Source: the human T2T-CHM13v2.0 reference genome, Homo sapiens. Taken from it: a DNA stretch of 64,000 nt. The position numbers and the translations under genes are program-made. Of the stretch, positions 1 to 18,891 are shown piece after piece (the first letter of the stretch is position 1; each line of letters begins with the position of its first letter). Where the stretch lies: the NCBI RefSeq assembly GCF_009914755.1, contig NC_060947.1. One strand, written 5' to 3'. The notes under the pieces were generated by a model. That model had not been told where the DNA came from, made no database searches, and was given only the letters and a program-made list of their open reading frames with translations.

Positions 1-154
1 CATCCTTGCATTCCTTTCATATGCATCAAGTGAGTATGAAACCCACTTGATCACAGTGGATCATCTTTTTGTTATGTTGTTGGATTCCATTAGCTTGTAT
101 TTTGCTAAGGATTTTAGGACCTATGTTCATCAGGGATATCGGTCTGTAGTTTTC

Positions 155-880
<726 letters not shown>

Positions 881-1611
881 TAGGGTGATGCTGGCTTCAT
901 AGAATGAATTAAGGAGGGTTTCCTCTTTCTCTCTCTTGTGAAATAGTGTCAAAAGGATTGGTACCAATTCTTCTTTGAATGTCTGGTAGGATTCCATGGT
1001 GAATCCATCTAGTCCTGACTTTTTTGGTTGGTAATTTTTTTAACTGCCATTTTAATCTTGCTGCCTGTTACTGGTGTATTCAAGGTACCTAATTCTTCCT
1101 GGTTTAATCTAGGAGGATTGTATTTTTACAGGAATTTATCCATCTCATTTAGGTTTCTAGTTTATGTGCAGAAAGGTGTTCATAGTAGCCTTGAATCTTT
1201 TGTATTTCTGTGGTGTCAGTTGTAATATCTTAACGTTTCATTTCTTAATGAGGTCATTTGGATTTTCCCTCTTCTTTTCTTGGTTAATCTTGCTAATGAT
1301 CTATCAATTTTATTTATTTTTTTCAAAGAACCAGCTTTTTGTTTCATTTATCTTGTAGTTTTTTTGTTTCAATTTCATTTAGTTTTTCTCTTGATATTGG
1401 TTATTTCCTTTCATCTCTAGGGTTTGGGTTTGGTTTGTTCTTGTTTCTCTAGTTCCTTGAGGTGTGACCTTAGAATGTCAGTTTGCACTCTTTCAATCTT
1501 TTTGATGTAGGCGTTTAGAGCTATGAACTTCCCTTTTAGCACCACTTTTGCTGTATCCCAGAGGTTTGGTTTTTATAGGTTGTGTTATTATTGTCAATCA
1601 GATTGAAGAAT

Positions 1612-3370
<1,759 letters not shown>

Positions 3371-4469
3371 TATCTATGGCATTTCTTAGGTCTATTAGTA
3401 ATTGTTTTATAAATTTGGGAGCTCCAGTGTTAGGTGCATATATGTTTAGGATTGTAATATTTTTCTGTTGAACAAGGCCTTTTATCATAATATAATGGCC
3501 CTCTTTGTCTCTTTTAACTGTTGTTGCTTTCATGTCTGTTTTGTCTGATATAAGAATAGCTTCTCCTACTCACTTTTGGTTTCCTTTTGCACGAAATGCC
3601 TATTTCCACCCCTTGACTTTAAGTTTATGTGAGTCCTTATGTGTTAGGTGAGTCTCCTGAAGCAGGAGATGGTTGGTGACTTCTTTTCCGTTCTGCATTT
3701 TTATATTTTTTAAGTGGGGCATTTAGGCCATTTACATTCAATGTTAGTATTGAGATATGAGGTACCATAGCATTCATCATGCTATTTGTTGCCTGTGTAC
3801 CTTGTTTTTTTTTTATTTTTTTGTTTTTGCTTTTCAAATTTTATTTTTGTTTCATAGATCCTGTGTGATTGATTTATGCCTTCAAGAGGTTCCATTTTTA
3901 TGTATTTCCTGGATTTGTTTCAAGATTTAGAGCTCCTTTTAGCAGTTCTTGTAGTGGTGGCTTGGTAGTGGCAAATTCTCTCAGCGTATGTTTGTCTGAA
4001 AATGACTGCATCTTTCCTTCATATATGATGCTTAGTTTTGCTGGATACAGAATTCTCGGCTGATAATTGTTTTGTTTGTGGAAGCTGAAGATAGGGCCCC
4101 AATCCCTTCTAGCTTGTAGAGTTTCTGCTGAGAAATATGCTGTTTATCTGATAGGTTTTCCTTTATAGGTGACCTGGTGTTTTTGTCTCACAGCTCTTAA
4201 GATTCTTTCCTTCTTTGTCTTAACTTTAGATAACCTGATGGCAATGTACCTAGGTGATAATCTTTTTGTAATGAATTTCCCAGGTGTTCTTTTTTTTTTT
4301 TTTCACAGCTGTATTTTTTTTTTTCAGTCATTATTTGTTTGTACAGCTGTGTGAATTTTTTTTTTTTTTTAATTATACTCTAAGTTTTAGGGTACATGTG
4401 CACATTGTGCAGGTTAGTTACATATGTATACATGTGCCATGCTGGTGCGCTGCACCCACTAACGTGTCA

Positions 4470-8429
<3,960 letters not shown>

Positions 8430-8468
8430 TCATTAGTTGATGCAGTTTCTTCCTAGTCTCGATGGTCT

Positions 8469-9485
8469 TTACATTTTGGCATGATTTTGCAGCAGCTGGT
8501 ACCGGTTGTTCCTTTCCATGTTTAGCGCTTCCTTCAGGAGCTCTTTTAGGGCAGGCCTGGTGGTGACAAAATCTCTCAGCATTTGCTTGTCTATAAAGTA
8601 TTTTATTTCTCCTTCACTTATGAAGCTTAGTTTGGCTGGATATGAAATTCTGGGTTGAAAATTCTTTTCTTTAAGAATGTTGAATATTGGCCCCCACTCT
8701 CTTCTGGCTTGTAGGGTTTCTGCCGAGAGATCCGCTGTTAGTCTGATGGGCTTTCCTTTGAGGGTAACCTGACCTTTCTCTCTGGCTGCCCTTAACATTT
8801 TTTCCTTCATTTCAACTTTGGTGAATCTGACAATTATGTGTCTTGGAGTTGCTCTTCTCGAGGAATATCTTTGTGGCGTTCTCTGTATTTCCTGAATCTG
8901 AACGTTGGCCTGCCTTGCTAGATTGGGGAAGTTCTCCTGGATAATATCCTGCAGAGTGTTTTCCAACTTGGTTCCATTCTCCACATCACTTTCAGGTACA
9001 CCAATCAGACGTAGATTTGGTCTTTTCACATAGTCCCATATTTCTTGGAGGCTTTGCTCATTTCTTTTTATTCTTTTTTCTCTAAACTTCCCTTCTCGCT
9101 TCATTTCATTCATTTCATCTTCCATTGCTGATACCCTTTCTTCCAGTTGATCGCATCGGCTCCTGAGGCTTCTGCATTCTTCACGTAGTTCTCGAGCCTT
9201 GGTTTTCAGCTCCATCAGCTCCTTTAAGCACTTCTCTGTATTGGTTATTCTAGTTATACATTCTTCTAAATTTTTTTCAAAGTTTTCAACTTCTTTGCCT
9301 TTGGTTTGAATGTCCTCCCGTAGCTCAGAGTAATTTGATCGTCTGAAGCCTTCTTCTCTCAGCTCGTCAAAATCATTCTCCATCCAGCTTTGTTCTGTTG
9401 CTGGTGAGGAACTGCGTTCCTTTGGAGGAGGAGAGGCGCTCTGCGTTTTAGAGTTTCCAGTTTTTCTGTTCTGTTTTTTCCCCAT
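8469..9485 (-). CDS. L1 ORF1p, intact 338-aa RNA-binding protein
   Basis: Uninterrupted MGKKQNRKTGNSK...QNHAKM with REKG, ARR and YPAKLS motifs. Confidence 0.95.
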   Translation of the reverse strand: MGKKQNRKTGNSKTQSASPPPKERSSSPATEQSWMENDFDELREEGFRRSNYSELREDIQTKGKEVENFEKNLEECITRITNTEKCLKELMELKTKARELREECRSLRSRCDQLEERVSAMEDEMNEMKREGKFREKRIKRNEQSLQEIWDYVKRPNLRLIGVPESDVENGTKLENTLQDIIQENFPNLARQANVQIQEIQRTPQRYSSRRATPRHIIVRFTKVEMKEKMLRAAREKGQVTLKGKPIRLTADLSAETLQARREWGPIFNILKEKNFQPRISYPAKLSFISEGEIKYFIDKQMLRDFVTTRPALKELLKEALNMERNNRYQLLQNHAKM

Positions 9486-10390
9486 CTTTGTGGTTTTATC
9501 TACTTTTGGTCTTTGATGATGGTGATGTACAGATGGGTTTTCGGTGTAGATGTCCTTTCTGTTTGTTAGTTTTCCTTCTAACAGACAGGACCCTCAGCTG
9601 CAGGTCTGTTGGAATACCCTGCCGTGTGAGGTGTCAGTGTGCCCCTGCTGGGGGGTGCCTCCCAGTTAGGCTGCTCGGGGGTCAGGGGTCAGGGACCCAC
9701 TTGAGGAGGCAGTCTGCCCGTTCTCAGATCTCCAGCTGCGTGCTGGGAGAACCACTGCTCTCTTCAAAGCTGTCAGACAGGGACACTTAAGTCTGCAGAG
9801 GTTACTGCTGTCTTTTTGTTTGTCTGTGCCCTGCCCCCAGAGGTGGAGCCTACAGAGGCAGGCAGGCCTCCTTGAGCTGTGGTGGGCTCCCCCCAGTTCG
9901 AGCTTCCAGGCTGCTTTGTTTACCTAAGCAAGCCTGGGCAATGGCGGGCGCCCCTCCCCCAGCCTCGTTGCCGCCTTGCAGTTTGATCTCAGACTGCTGT
10001 GCTAGCAATCAGCGAGATTCCGTGGGCGTAGGACCCTCTGAGCCAGTTGTGGGATATAGTCTCGTGGTGCGCGGTTTCTTAAGCCGGTCTGAAAAGCGCA
10101 ATATTCGGGTGGGAGTGACCCGATTTTCCAGGTGCGTCCATCACCCCTTTCTTTGACTCAGAAAGGGAACTCCCTGACCCCTTGTGCTTCCCGGTGAGGC
10201 AATGCCTTGCCCTGCTTCGGCTCGCGCATGGTGCGCACACACACTGGCCTGCGCCCACTGTCTGGCACTCCCTAGTGAGATGAACCCGGTACCTCAGATG
10301 GAAATGCAGAAATCACCCGTCTTCTGCGTCGCTCACGCTGGGAGCTGTAGACCGGAGCTGTTCCTATTCGGCCATCTTTGCTCCTCCTCC
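9486..10390. promoter_or_regulatory. L1 5'UTR: CpG-rich sense promoter (minus strand) and antisense promoter (plus strand, same direction as HEPH); YY1 core at 10369-10378
   Basis: CpG-dense L1HS-like 5'UTR; AAGATGGCCG on the minus strand. Activity is inferred from the family, not shown here. Confidence 0.8.
9941..10156 (+). CDS. L1 ORF0 (71 aa), intact
   Basis: gcaATGg start; MAGAPPPASLPPCSLISDCCASNQRDSVGVGPSEP...HPFL then stop (C-terminal part of ORF 9872..10156). Confidence 0.85.
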   Translation: MAGAPPPASLPPCSLISDCCASNQRDSVGVGPSEPVVGYSLVVRGFLSRSEKRNIRVGVTRFSRCVHHPFL

Positions 10391-12020
10391 CCCAGGTGTT
10401 CTTTGTGCTTCTTGTATTTGGATGTCTAGGCCTCTATCAAGGCCAGGGAAGTTTTCCCCTATTGCTCCTCCAAATATGTTTTCAAAACTTTTAGAATTCC
10501 CTTCTTCCTTAGGAATACCAATTATTCTTTAGGTTTGGTCATTTAACATAATCTCAGACTTCGTAGGGGCTTTGTTCATTTTTTCTTATTCTTTTTTCTT
10601 TGTCTTTGTTGGATTGGGTTAATTTGAAGACCTTGTCTTCAGACTCTGAATTTTTTTCTTCTACTTGTTCAATTCTATTGATGAGACTTTCCAGAGGATT
10701 TTGCATTTCTATAAGTGTGTCCAGTGTTTCCTGAAGTTTTGATTGTTTTTTCTTTATGCTATGCTATCTATTTCCTTGAATATTTATCCCTTCACTTCTT
10801 ATTTTTTTTGTTGTTGTTGTTGTTTTTATTATTTCCTTTCACTGGGCTTCACCTTTCTCTGGTGCCTCCCTGATTAGCTTAATAACTAACCTCCTGAATT
10901 CGTTTTCAGGTAAATCAGGGATTTTTTTTTATCTTGGCTTGGATCCATTGCTGGTGAGCTAGTGTGATTTTTTTGGGGTGTTAAAGAACCTTGTTTTGTC
11001 ATATTACCTGAGTTGGGTTTCTGGTTCCTTCTCATTTGAGTGGGCTCTGTCAGAGGGAAACTCTAGGGCTGAAGGCTGTTCTTCAGATTCTTTTGTCTCA
11101 AAGGGTGTTCCCCCATCTCTCCCTCCTTTTTTATGGATGTGGCTTCCTGTGAGCTGAGCTGCAGTGATTGTTATCTCTCTTTTGGGTCTAGCCACCCAGC
11201 AAGTCTACCTGGCTCTGGGCTGATACTGGAGGTTGTCTGCACAGAGTCCTGTGATGCGAACTGTGTATGGGTCTCTCTGCTGTGAATACCAGCACAGTAT
11301 TTGGGGTGTCTCCCGGGTCCTGCAGGAGCAGTCCATTTCCTTCAGAGGGTCTGTGGGTCCTCTTGGGATTCCTGGTGTGTTCATGAAGGGTGCTGGAGCC
11401 AAAATTCATGATGCAAGCCTCCACATGCTGCTCTGTCCATCCGAGTCTGAGCTGCAATTACTCCTGACTCTTGTCCACCATGATGATCCTACGAACCTTT
11501 TTTAAAATTATTGTTATTAAAAACAACAAAACACCAAACTTTTCTCCTTTTTATTTTTTTTCTTGCTTCACTTTTAAATCTCAAATTAGTCATTATAGGA
11601 GTCAAGTCGCATTGAAATCAGATATGTAGTAAGAGTTTAGATATGGATAAGATTGAAAGTGTGGTCATCAGGGTTTTGGAGGATTTTGCTGATAATAGGA
11701 TATGTCAGACTTGAAGACCAGAGGGTGGCAGGAATGTGGTCAGGTTCAGGCCCTGGGTTGAAGACATAGGCAGGGATGGTAGGAGGGAATTATTGTAGAT
11801 CCTATGTGTCCTAACATCAAGTCCTAGGTTCAACTGAATTGGTGGTTTTAAATGGGGAGTTTGGAAATGGAAATTAATCTAAGAGGGTTATTTCTGCTTT
11901 TCTGTTGCTTACAGATTCTTAAGACCCCTCTCTTTCTATTCCTTTCTTATGAGTACCCCTTTCAGCTTACTATTGCTAAGGAAAGGATCTTCTCAAGGGA
12001 AACTGTCTTACTTGCCCTAG

Positions 12021-12203
12021 GAGCCCTGGATGGGAACTCCCCTCCTCAACGCCAGGATGTAGACCATGATTTCTTCCTCCTCTTCAGTGTGGTAGATGAG
12101 AACCTCAGCTGGCATCTCAATGAGAACATTGCCACTTACTGCTCAGATCCTGCTTCAGTGGACAAAGAAGATGAGACATTTCAGGAGAGCAATAGGATGC
12201 ATG
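12021..12203 (+). CDS. HEPH: Hephaestin coding exon A (183 nt, phase 1-1)
   Basis: cctag|GAGCC...CATG|gtgagt; encodes GALDGNSPPQRQDVDHDFFLLFSVVDENLSW...ESNRMH. Confidence 0.97.
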
Positions 12204-13345
12204 GTGAGTTGGGAAAAGGTGGCCACATTGTGACAGGGAACATTGTTGGAGGGTATCCACTGGGCCTAGTATTTGGTGGATGCTTTCACATACATAGTCC
12301 TTTTTAGTCATCACGAGGGCAAGGAGTAGTAGATGGCTCTTCCCTGTTTTACATGTGAGGACACTGAGGCTCCTAAGATTATGCAGCAGATAAATGGCAC
12401 AGCTAAAATTCCAACCTTGGTCTCTCTGACTGCATAGATTGTGCTCTTGCCATTAGGCTATTCTGCCTCATAATGTGGAATAGCACACAGTCTAAAGTTA
12501 TATAGTATATGGTCAATTACTTTGCTGTGGGTTGCCCACTGATACAATTAATCAATATTGATTTGTTTTAAAAAGGAAGAAGTTAGCAGAATTATCCACT
12601 TTGTGGAGAAAAATGGTTTCTTTCAAGCTACCTTGCTTATATCTCCCATCGTACTCTGTGCTTATGTCTATAAGGACATTGACCATATTAATTAAATTGA
12701 AAAAGAAACTAAAGGCACAGAAGAACCGAGGCATGAATATTGAACTGATTTTAGGAATATAAACAAGTCAGTTTTGTTTTTGTTTCATTAAGGAAGTCAT
12801 TTACTGGCCATTCATGACAGGGGTGGGCTAAAAACCATACAGTCCCCAAAGGAGGTGGAAATTCAGAAGGAAGATGTAAAGGATGGCTTGGATAGCTCAA
12901 CTTTTTCTTGAATTTTATACCAATTGATTATAAAAGCCATGTTAATTAGTCAGCCAATTTGACAATTGTCCTGTGGAAATTTTTAGAATGAAACCACCCT
13001 GAAAGAATAGCCTGCAAAATAACTAAATTCCTTAGAGAGCTTCTTCACATTTCTGGTTTGGAATATTGGCTGTAAGCATTTATTAGCTCTATGGCATTGG
13101 GAAAGAAGTAACTTCACCTCTCTGAGTCTTGGTTTTCTCTCTCTCTCTCTTTTTTAATGAGACTAATGATATCTGCCTATTTCTCAGGGATGTTTTTGAG
13201 ATTTAAAGAAGATAATACATAGGTCAACACAGTGTGCTGTTTATAACCTCATTTAAATATTATCTATTATTGTCAAATGGTAAGGCTTCTTCCATTTGGC
13301 TGTCCTTTCCTAATCCTGATATTTTCTTTGGGTTTTCTTTTGCAG

Positions 13346-13600
13346 CAATCAATGGCTTTGTTTTTGGGAATTTACCTGAGCTGAACATGTGTGCACAGAA
13401 ACGTGTGGCCTGGCACTTGTTTGGCATGGGCAATGAAATTGATGTCCACACAGCATTTTTCCATGGACAGATGCTGACTACCCGTGGACACCACACTGAT
13501 GTGGCTAACATCTTTCCAGCCACCTTTGTGACTGCTGAGATGGTGCCCTGGGAACCTGGTACCTGGTTAATTAGCTGCCAAGTGAACAGTCACTTTCGAG
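13346..13600 (+). CDS. HEPH: Hephaestin coding exon B (255 nt, phase 1-1)
   Basis: tgcag|CAATC...CGAG|gtgaga; encodes AINGFVFGNLP...DVHTAFFHG...SCQVNSHFR (type-1 Cu ligands). Confidence 0.97.
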
Positions 13601-14544
13601 GTGAGATCCAACATTTCTGACCATTGGGTTGTAAGAGAGAGGTATGATAATGGTCAAGGGAGGCTGGGTTTCTGGCCTGAAGCCATAAATAAGTCCTCCA
13701 GTTGAGGCATCTTGGGATAAAGGATAGCACACTAGATTAGAAGTCAGGGGACCCAGGTTTTTTCCTGAATCTGCTGGGAAACTTGCTGGATAACTTTGGG
13801 CACATCTCTCTGTGTTTAATCTTCCCCATCTTGAACATAAGACAGCCTGGGGATGGATAAGTAGACTTTTAATCAGCTTTTTATTATTTGCTTAGAATTC
13901 TAAACAATTAATACCTGGAGACATTTTCAACATATTGAACAGGGAGTGAAGGAGAGATTAATTAAAAGAGAGTAACATTTCTGTAGGAGATCATGGTGTA
14001 TTGTGGGTACATAGTTACACTCTGGTTGGAACTCAATAGAAGTAGGAGTGGAAGGTTTTATTTTCAAAGGGAGAAACATTAATGTCATTGCAGAGCAATG
14101 TATTGAGGAGCATCAGATGCATCAGAGGGGAGGAAGAGCGTATGAAGCAATGGAAAGAATAGTAGATAAGTGGTTAGGTTTGAATGGTAGTCTTAAGTTT
14201 GTGAAAAACTTTATATGACTTTAGACAGGTGTCTTTCCATTTCTAGGTCACATTTGCCACATCCGTAAAATGGGAAAGTTGGTCTAAATCGTCTCTTAAA
14301 TCCTCTTCAGCTGTCATTTTCTAGAATTATTTGATTTATGGTAAATTAGAAGGGTGTCAGAAAAATGATATGTGAGTACTTGAAGTGGATTTTAGTAGGT
14401 TAGGAGTTGTAGACTAATAGGATAATAAATCTTGGGTGTTAGGTTTGACACAATAGGGGACAGTTACATGTACTCCATTATCCAGGGTATGTCTTAGCCC
14501 CAAAGCTTCCTAGGTAAGAGAGTATAAATATGGATTGGGATTAG

Positions 14545-15050
14545 AGATGCAGCATGATAGTGGAATAAGCATAGACCTTAGAGACAGACATGCTTGGATT
14601 CAAATCCTCGTTCCATCACTTGTTTAGCCACCTTTGATAAATCATTTCACTTCTCTGAGCCTCTTAATAGAAGTAGTGATGTATACCTCATAAAATTGTA
14701 ATGAGGTTTTAGAGTAAAAATGTGATTTTGGATCTTAGAGAATAGGGGGATGATATAAACAAGATAGTAGATATAAGAAAATAAAATGAACAATTAAGAT
14801 CTGTAGTTGAAAGATGAGAGTTTAACTCTCAACTCCACCTCTGACTAGCTGTGCAACCTTGGGCAAGTTATTTAACCTGTCTGACCTTTAGTTTTCTTCA
14901 TCCGCAAAAGGGGACATTAAAAGTCTATTTCATACAATGGTTGTAAGGATTGATAGAGATAACATATGTACTCCCTGGGACTGAAATTTTAAAAAAGATG
15001 TAAAGCACCTGACACAGAACCTACCTAACATAATACATGTTGAAGAAAAT
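14545..15050 (+). mobile_element. Two MIR SINE remnants (approximate limits)
   Basis: MIR core-like GGATTCAAATCCTCGTTCCATCACTT and ACTAGCTGTGCAACCTTGGGCAAGTTATTTAACC. Confidence 0.65.
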
Positions 15051-15791
15051 AAATATTTTTTCCTCTCCCTTCATCATACCTCAAGTTTCTAATTTACAAA
15101 TTTCAAATCTCCCTGGGATGCTGTGGGATGCTAATAAAATAATATAGCTGAGTGACCTCTATAAGTTGCTAAGCCAATATAAGACAGTACCATCCATTGC
15201 CATTGTGACGCAATGTAGTATATTCCACATTTGAAAACACTACTTAGAATCTACATTTTCCTTACGGTCCCAAGTCTGAAGCTTTATCTTCACTGATAGA
15301 AGATGTTCTATTATTTTGGGAGCTTCCCAGTTTACAAATAATTAACCCCTATTTTAAATTTGATGCTCCTACCAGCCCCATGAGGTGGATTTTCCTATTC
15401 TCTCCTTTGGCAAAAGAGGGAAGCTCAGATTGAGGAAGTGACTTGCCTAAGGTCCTACAGATAGTGCTTAAAGCTTGGGCTTGAACTCGAGTTTCCTTAC
15501 TTCTGTCTCTGTGATGTTGCTACAATGTGAGCCTTTATGAAGAGGCAGGAATGAGTATCTAGTAAATGCATCAGTGGTGGTATAAGCAAGTGGAGGTACC
15601 TGAATTCTACCCTGGACTCTCTCTCTCAGCCATGCACTTTAAGAGTGAGAGAAAGCGGCCCATTTTGGAGCAGGAGTAAAGAGAGTAGTGGAGGGTGGGT
15701 GGAGGAAACACTAACAGAAGGAGGAAGGTGAGTCCTCTGGGTTAAAATCCTATTGGATAGAATGGGGTCAGCCATAATGTTCTTCCTTCAG

Positions 15792-15960
15792 ATGGCATGC
15801 AGGCACTCTACAAGGTCAAGTCTTGCTCCATGGCCCCTCCTGTGGACCTGCTCACAGGCAAAGTTCGACAGTACTTCATTGAGGCCCATGAGATTCAATG
15901 GGACTATGGCCCGATGGGGCATGATGGGAGTACTGGGAAGAATTTGAGAGAGCCAGGCAG
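15792..15960 (+). CDS. HEPH: Hephaestin coding exon C (169 nt, phase 1-2)
   Basis: ttcag|ATGGC...GGCAG|gtaaga; encodes DGMQALYKVKSC...QYFIEAHEIQWDYGP...EPG. Confidence 0.96.
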
Positions 15961-17163
15961 GTAAGAGGCAGTGGGATCCCTCTCTTTAATTCTTTAATTG
16001 GTCCAGCTCCAAACATTTATTATCTTTCTTCCAGAAATCTCTCACTTTACTCAGGGATCCAAATCATTGTCTGGCTGGGGTTACATGAACCAACTGTTAG
16101 CCAAGTTCTTGTGTCCCCCTGGAGAGCTTGCTCTTGGGGAGATACAGGTAGCAAAGCTTTTTGTGGGGTTATTCCATATCCCCACAAAGGGTCCAAACAG
16201 AGTTTGAAGTTGGTCCTACTATAATTCCTGGCCATTTTCATAAAGGAAAGCCCAGGTGGGACCAGTTCTTGTATCAGTTGAAATAGCTTTTATTCCAGGT
16301 TTCTTCACTTTACCCATTATTTACCTCCTTGCTCCTTCATTTCTTTTCTATAGTCTGAATGAGGCATTTGAGCAGGGGTATAAAAAGCACTCTGAGAAAT
16401 GTAGGAAGAGAGGCAGCCTGCTTTTTGGCTATCACATGCCCATTCTTTTGAAGGAATTTCTCCAAGTTCTCCTGCCTCATCCATGACCCAGATATGGGCA
16501 AGATAGAGTAGGAGGTTAGTGCCCTACTCAGTTGCTGGGTCTTAAGTCATACCACTCACTGGGAAATCGATGATGACAGGTCTTCCACAGAGGAGGCACT
16601 TGATAGGTAACTAAGAGAGGGGTTGGGGGAAGATCCTTCATGGTTATACTTCTAGCAGGAAATAATAGAGTAAATCTGGAGAAAACTTAGGAAAGTTGGT
16701 GTTTGAGTCTCAGCATGGATTCTACGATTTCCAGCTGGGCTTATTAACATAGTGGGCTTTCATTTTGGAGTGAAAGGATTATTAATACCTAAGGATGATT
16801 AAGGACAGATGTAGACTATGAATCTCTGGAGGGCAGAACTGGTCCCAGTGCCTGGAAATTATAAGCAAGAATATTCCAACTTACACTAAAATAGAATTCC
16901 AATAATTTAAAATATCCAACAGTAAGGGAGATTGTCTCCTCTGGATATGAGTTTCCTATTTTTGGAAAGGCTCAAGCAGAAGCTGTATATAACTTTCTAG
17001 TGGTGCCACCAAAGGAGATATCTTCACTGGTGGGAGTTAACTTAGATGAGCTCTGAGGTCCTTCCTAAATATAAAGATTCATAACTTGGTGAGACTAAGG
17101 GTGAGATGGGAGTCTATTTGATACCTAATGAAATAATATCATATTTTCCTTTTTATACATCAG

Positions 17164-17300
17164 TATCTCAGATAAGTTTTTCCAGAAGAGCTCCAGCCGA
17201 ATTGGGGGCACTTACTGGAAAGTGCGATATGAAGCCTTTCAAGATGAGACATTCCAAGAGAAGATGCATTTGGAGGAAGATAGGCATCTTGGAATCCTGG
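17164..17300 (+). CDS. HEPH: Hephaestin coding exon D (137 nt, phase 2-1)
   Basis: atcag|TATCT...CTGG|gtgagg; encodes SISDKFFQKSSSRIGGTYWKVRY...HLGIL. Confidence 0.96.
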
Positions 17301-18759
17301 GTGAGGAATTTTTAAATTATGAAATTCATTTACTAGAGCCAGAGAATTGAGGAAGACTTTGAAACTGAGGCCTGGACATCACTTAGGAGCACATTGTAGA
17401 CCAGCATCTCCCAAAGTGAGTCTTATGAGATGATTGTTTTGTGAAAGAGTTATGAGTCTGAATGTGTTTTAAAACCACTAAGTTAAGCAGTTAAATAGTG
17501 CTTTTTATGCTACAGGATTTCTAGGAGCCTTAGGTTTATTTTTGTTTATCATGAATCTCCACTTTTTTTCAGTGAATATCTTCCAATACCACTGATGTAC
17601 AGTACACATTTTTAGAATTCCTTCTCTAGAAGTATTCCTAAAGGGCTATATAAGGAAGTAAGACTGTATAGGTTCTCAGCAATCTGGGGCCAGTAGCAGA
17701 TTGGCATGACATGCAGACATACTTGAAATAGGAGGAATGCAGAATAGGCTTAGAGTCTGAACTTGAAGAAGGTATCTAGAAGGGCTAAACCAAGGTTAGA
17801 AGTGGTTTAGTAGCATGATGGAACCAGAAAATAAAATAGGCCAGATGGAAAAAAAACTTTGGAAATTAATATAATGGACCATACTCGGGATAGGTGTGTG
17901 CCAGTTGATTCTAGATCTGATAATGGACAATAGATCTTACATCAGCTGGATAGGGAGATACAATGAGGAGAAATCCACCATAGGAAGGAGAGATGGTGGT
18001 GAGCCTGAAGGAATTATCATTGGCTGGACTTCAGTATGAGTGCCCAGTCTTTGAGATGAGGTGAAACATTAGATGTGGAAATTGAATAGGAAACCAAGCT
18101 AGAAACTCTGACCAAGAGTTAGAGCCGGAATAAGTGCCCAGTTTTGGTACTTTTTGTCTGCTTCAAAGATGACCTAAGCTAGATTACATGTGGTGGGTAA
18201 TGAAGTTCAGAAGAGTCCAGGAGTTGTGGCTAGATTACCTAGTACAGTGCCTGGATAGAAGATATCATAATTCTCTTTGCTCAGAATTGGTTTCAGATTG
18301 AGGCAAGCACAGATCTTAGATAGGTCCACAAAGACATGTAGCTATGGGATCTGGGACAATAAAGTAAGTGAAAATGAGATTGGGGCTGACAATGGGATGA
18401 GAGAAATTGCTGGCCTCTGGTCCTGGCTGAATGGCTTATCAACCATTTAAATTTGCATAGGTAAATTCCACTTCTCTCAGCTGAAATTTTCTCATCTGTA
18501 AATTGGAGTTAATAATTTTTGCCCTATATGCCTTAAAATGATGTTTGAGAATCAAAATAAGATAATGGATTTCCCAGTGTTTTCTGTAATTGTAAATTGC
18601 AATATACTTGAAAGGAATTGTTCTTATTATTACAAAGAAAAGTTTTTTATTTTCTTCTTCACTTTCACTTTCCTTTTCTTTCCCTCCCTCTTCTTCCATT
18701 TCCTTCCTCCCTGTTTATCCCTTTCATCATTCTCATTGTCTCTCCTTCCCATTTTCCAG

Positions 18760-18891
18760 GGCCAGTGATCCGGGCTGAGGTGGGTGACACCATTCAGGTG
18801 GTCTTCTACAACCGTGCCTCCCAGCCATTCAGCATGCAGCCCCATGGGGTCTTTTATGAGAAAGACTATGAAGGCACTGTGTACAATGATG
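18760..18891 (+). CDS. HEPH: Hephaestin coding exon E (132 nt, phase 1-1)
   Basis: tccag|GGCCA...GATG|gtgagc; encodes GPVIRAEVGDTIQVVFYNRASQPFSMQPHGV...YND. Confidence 0.97.
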
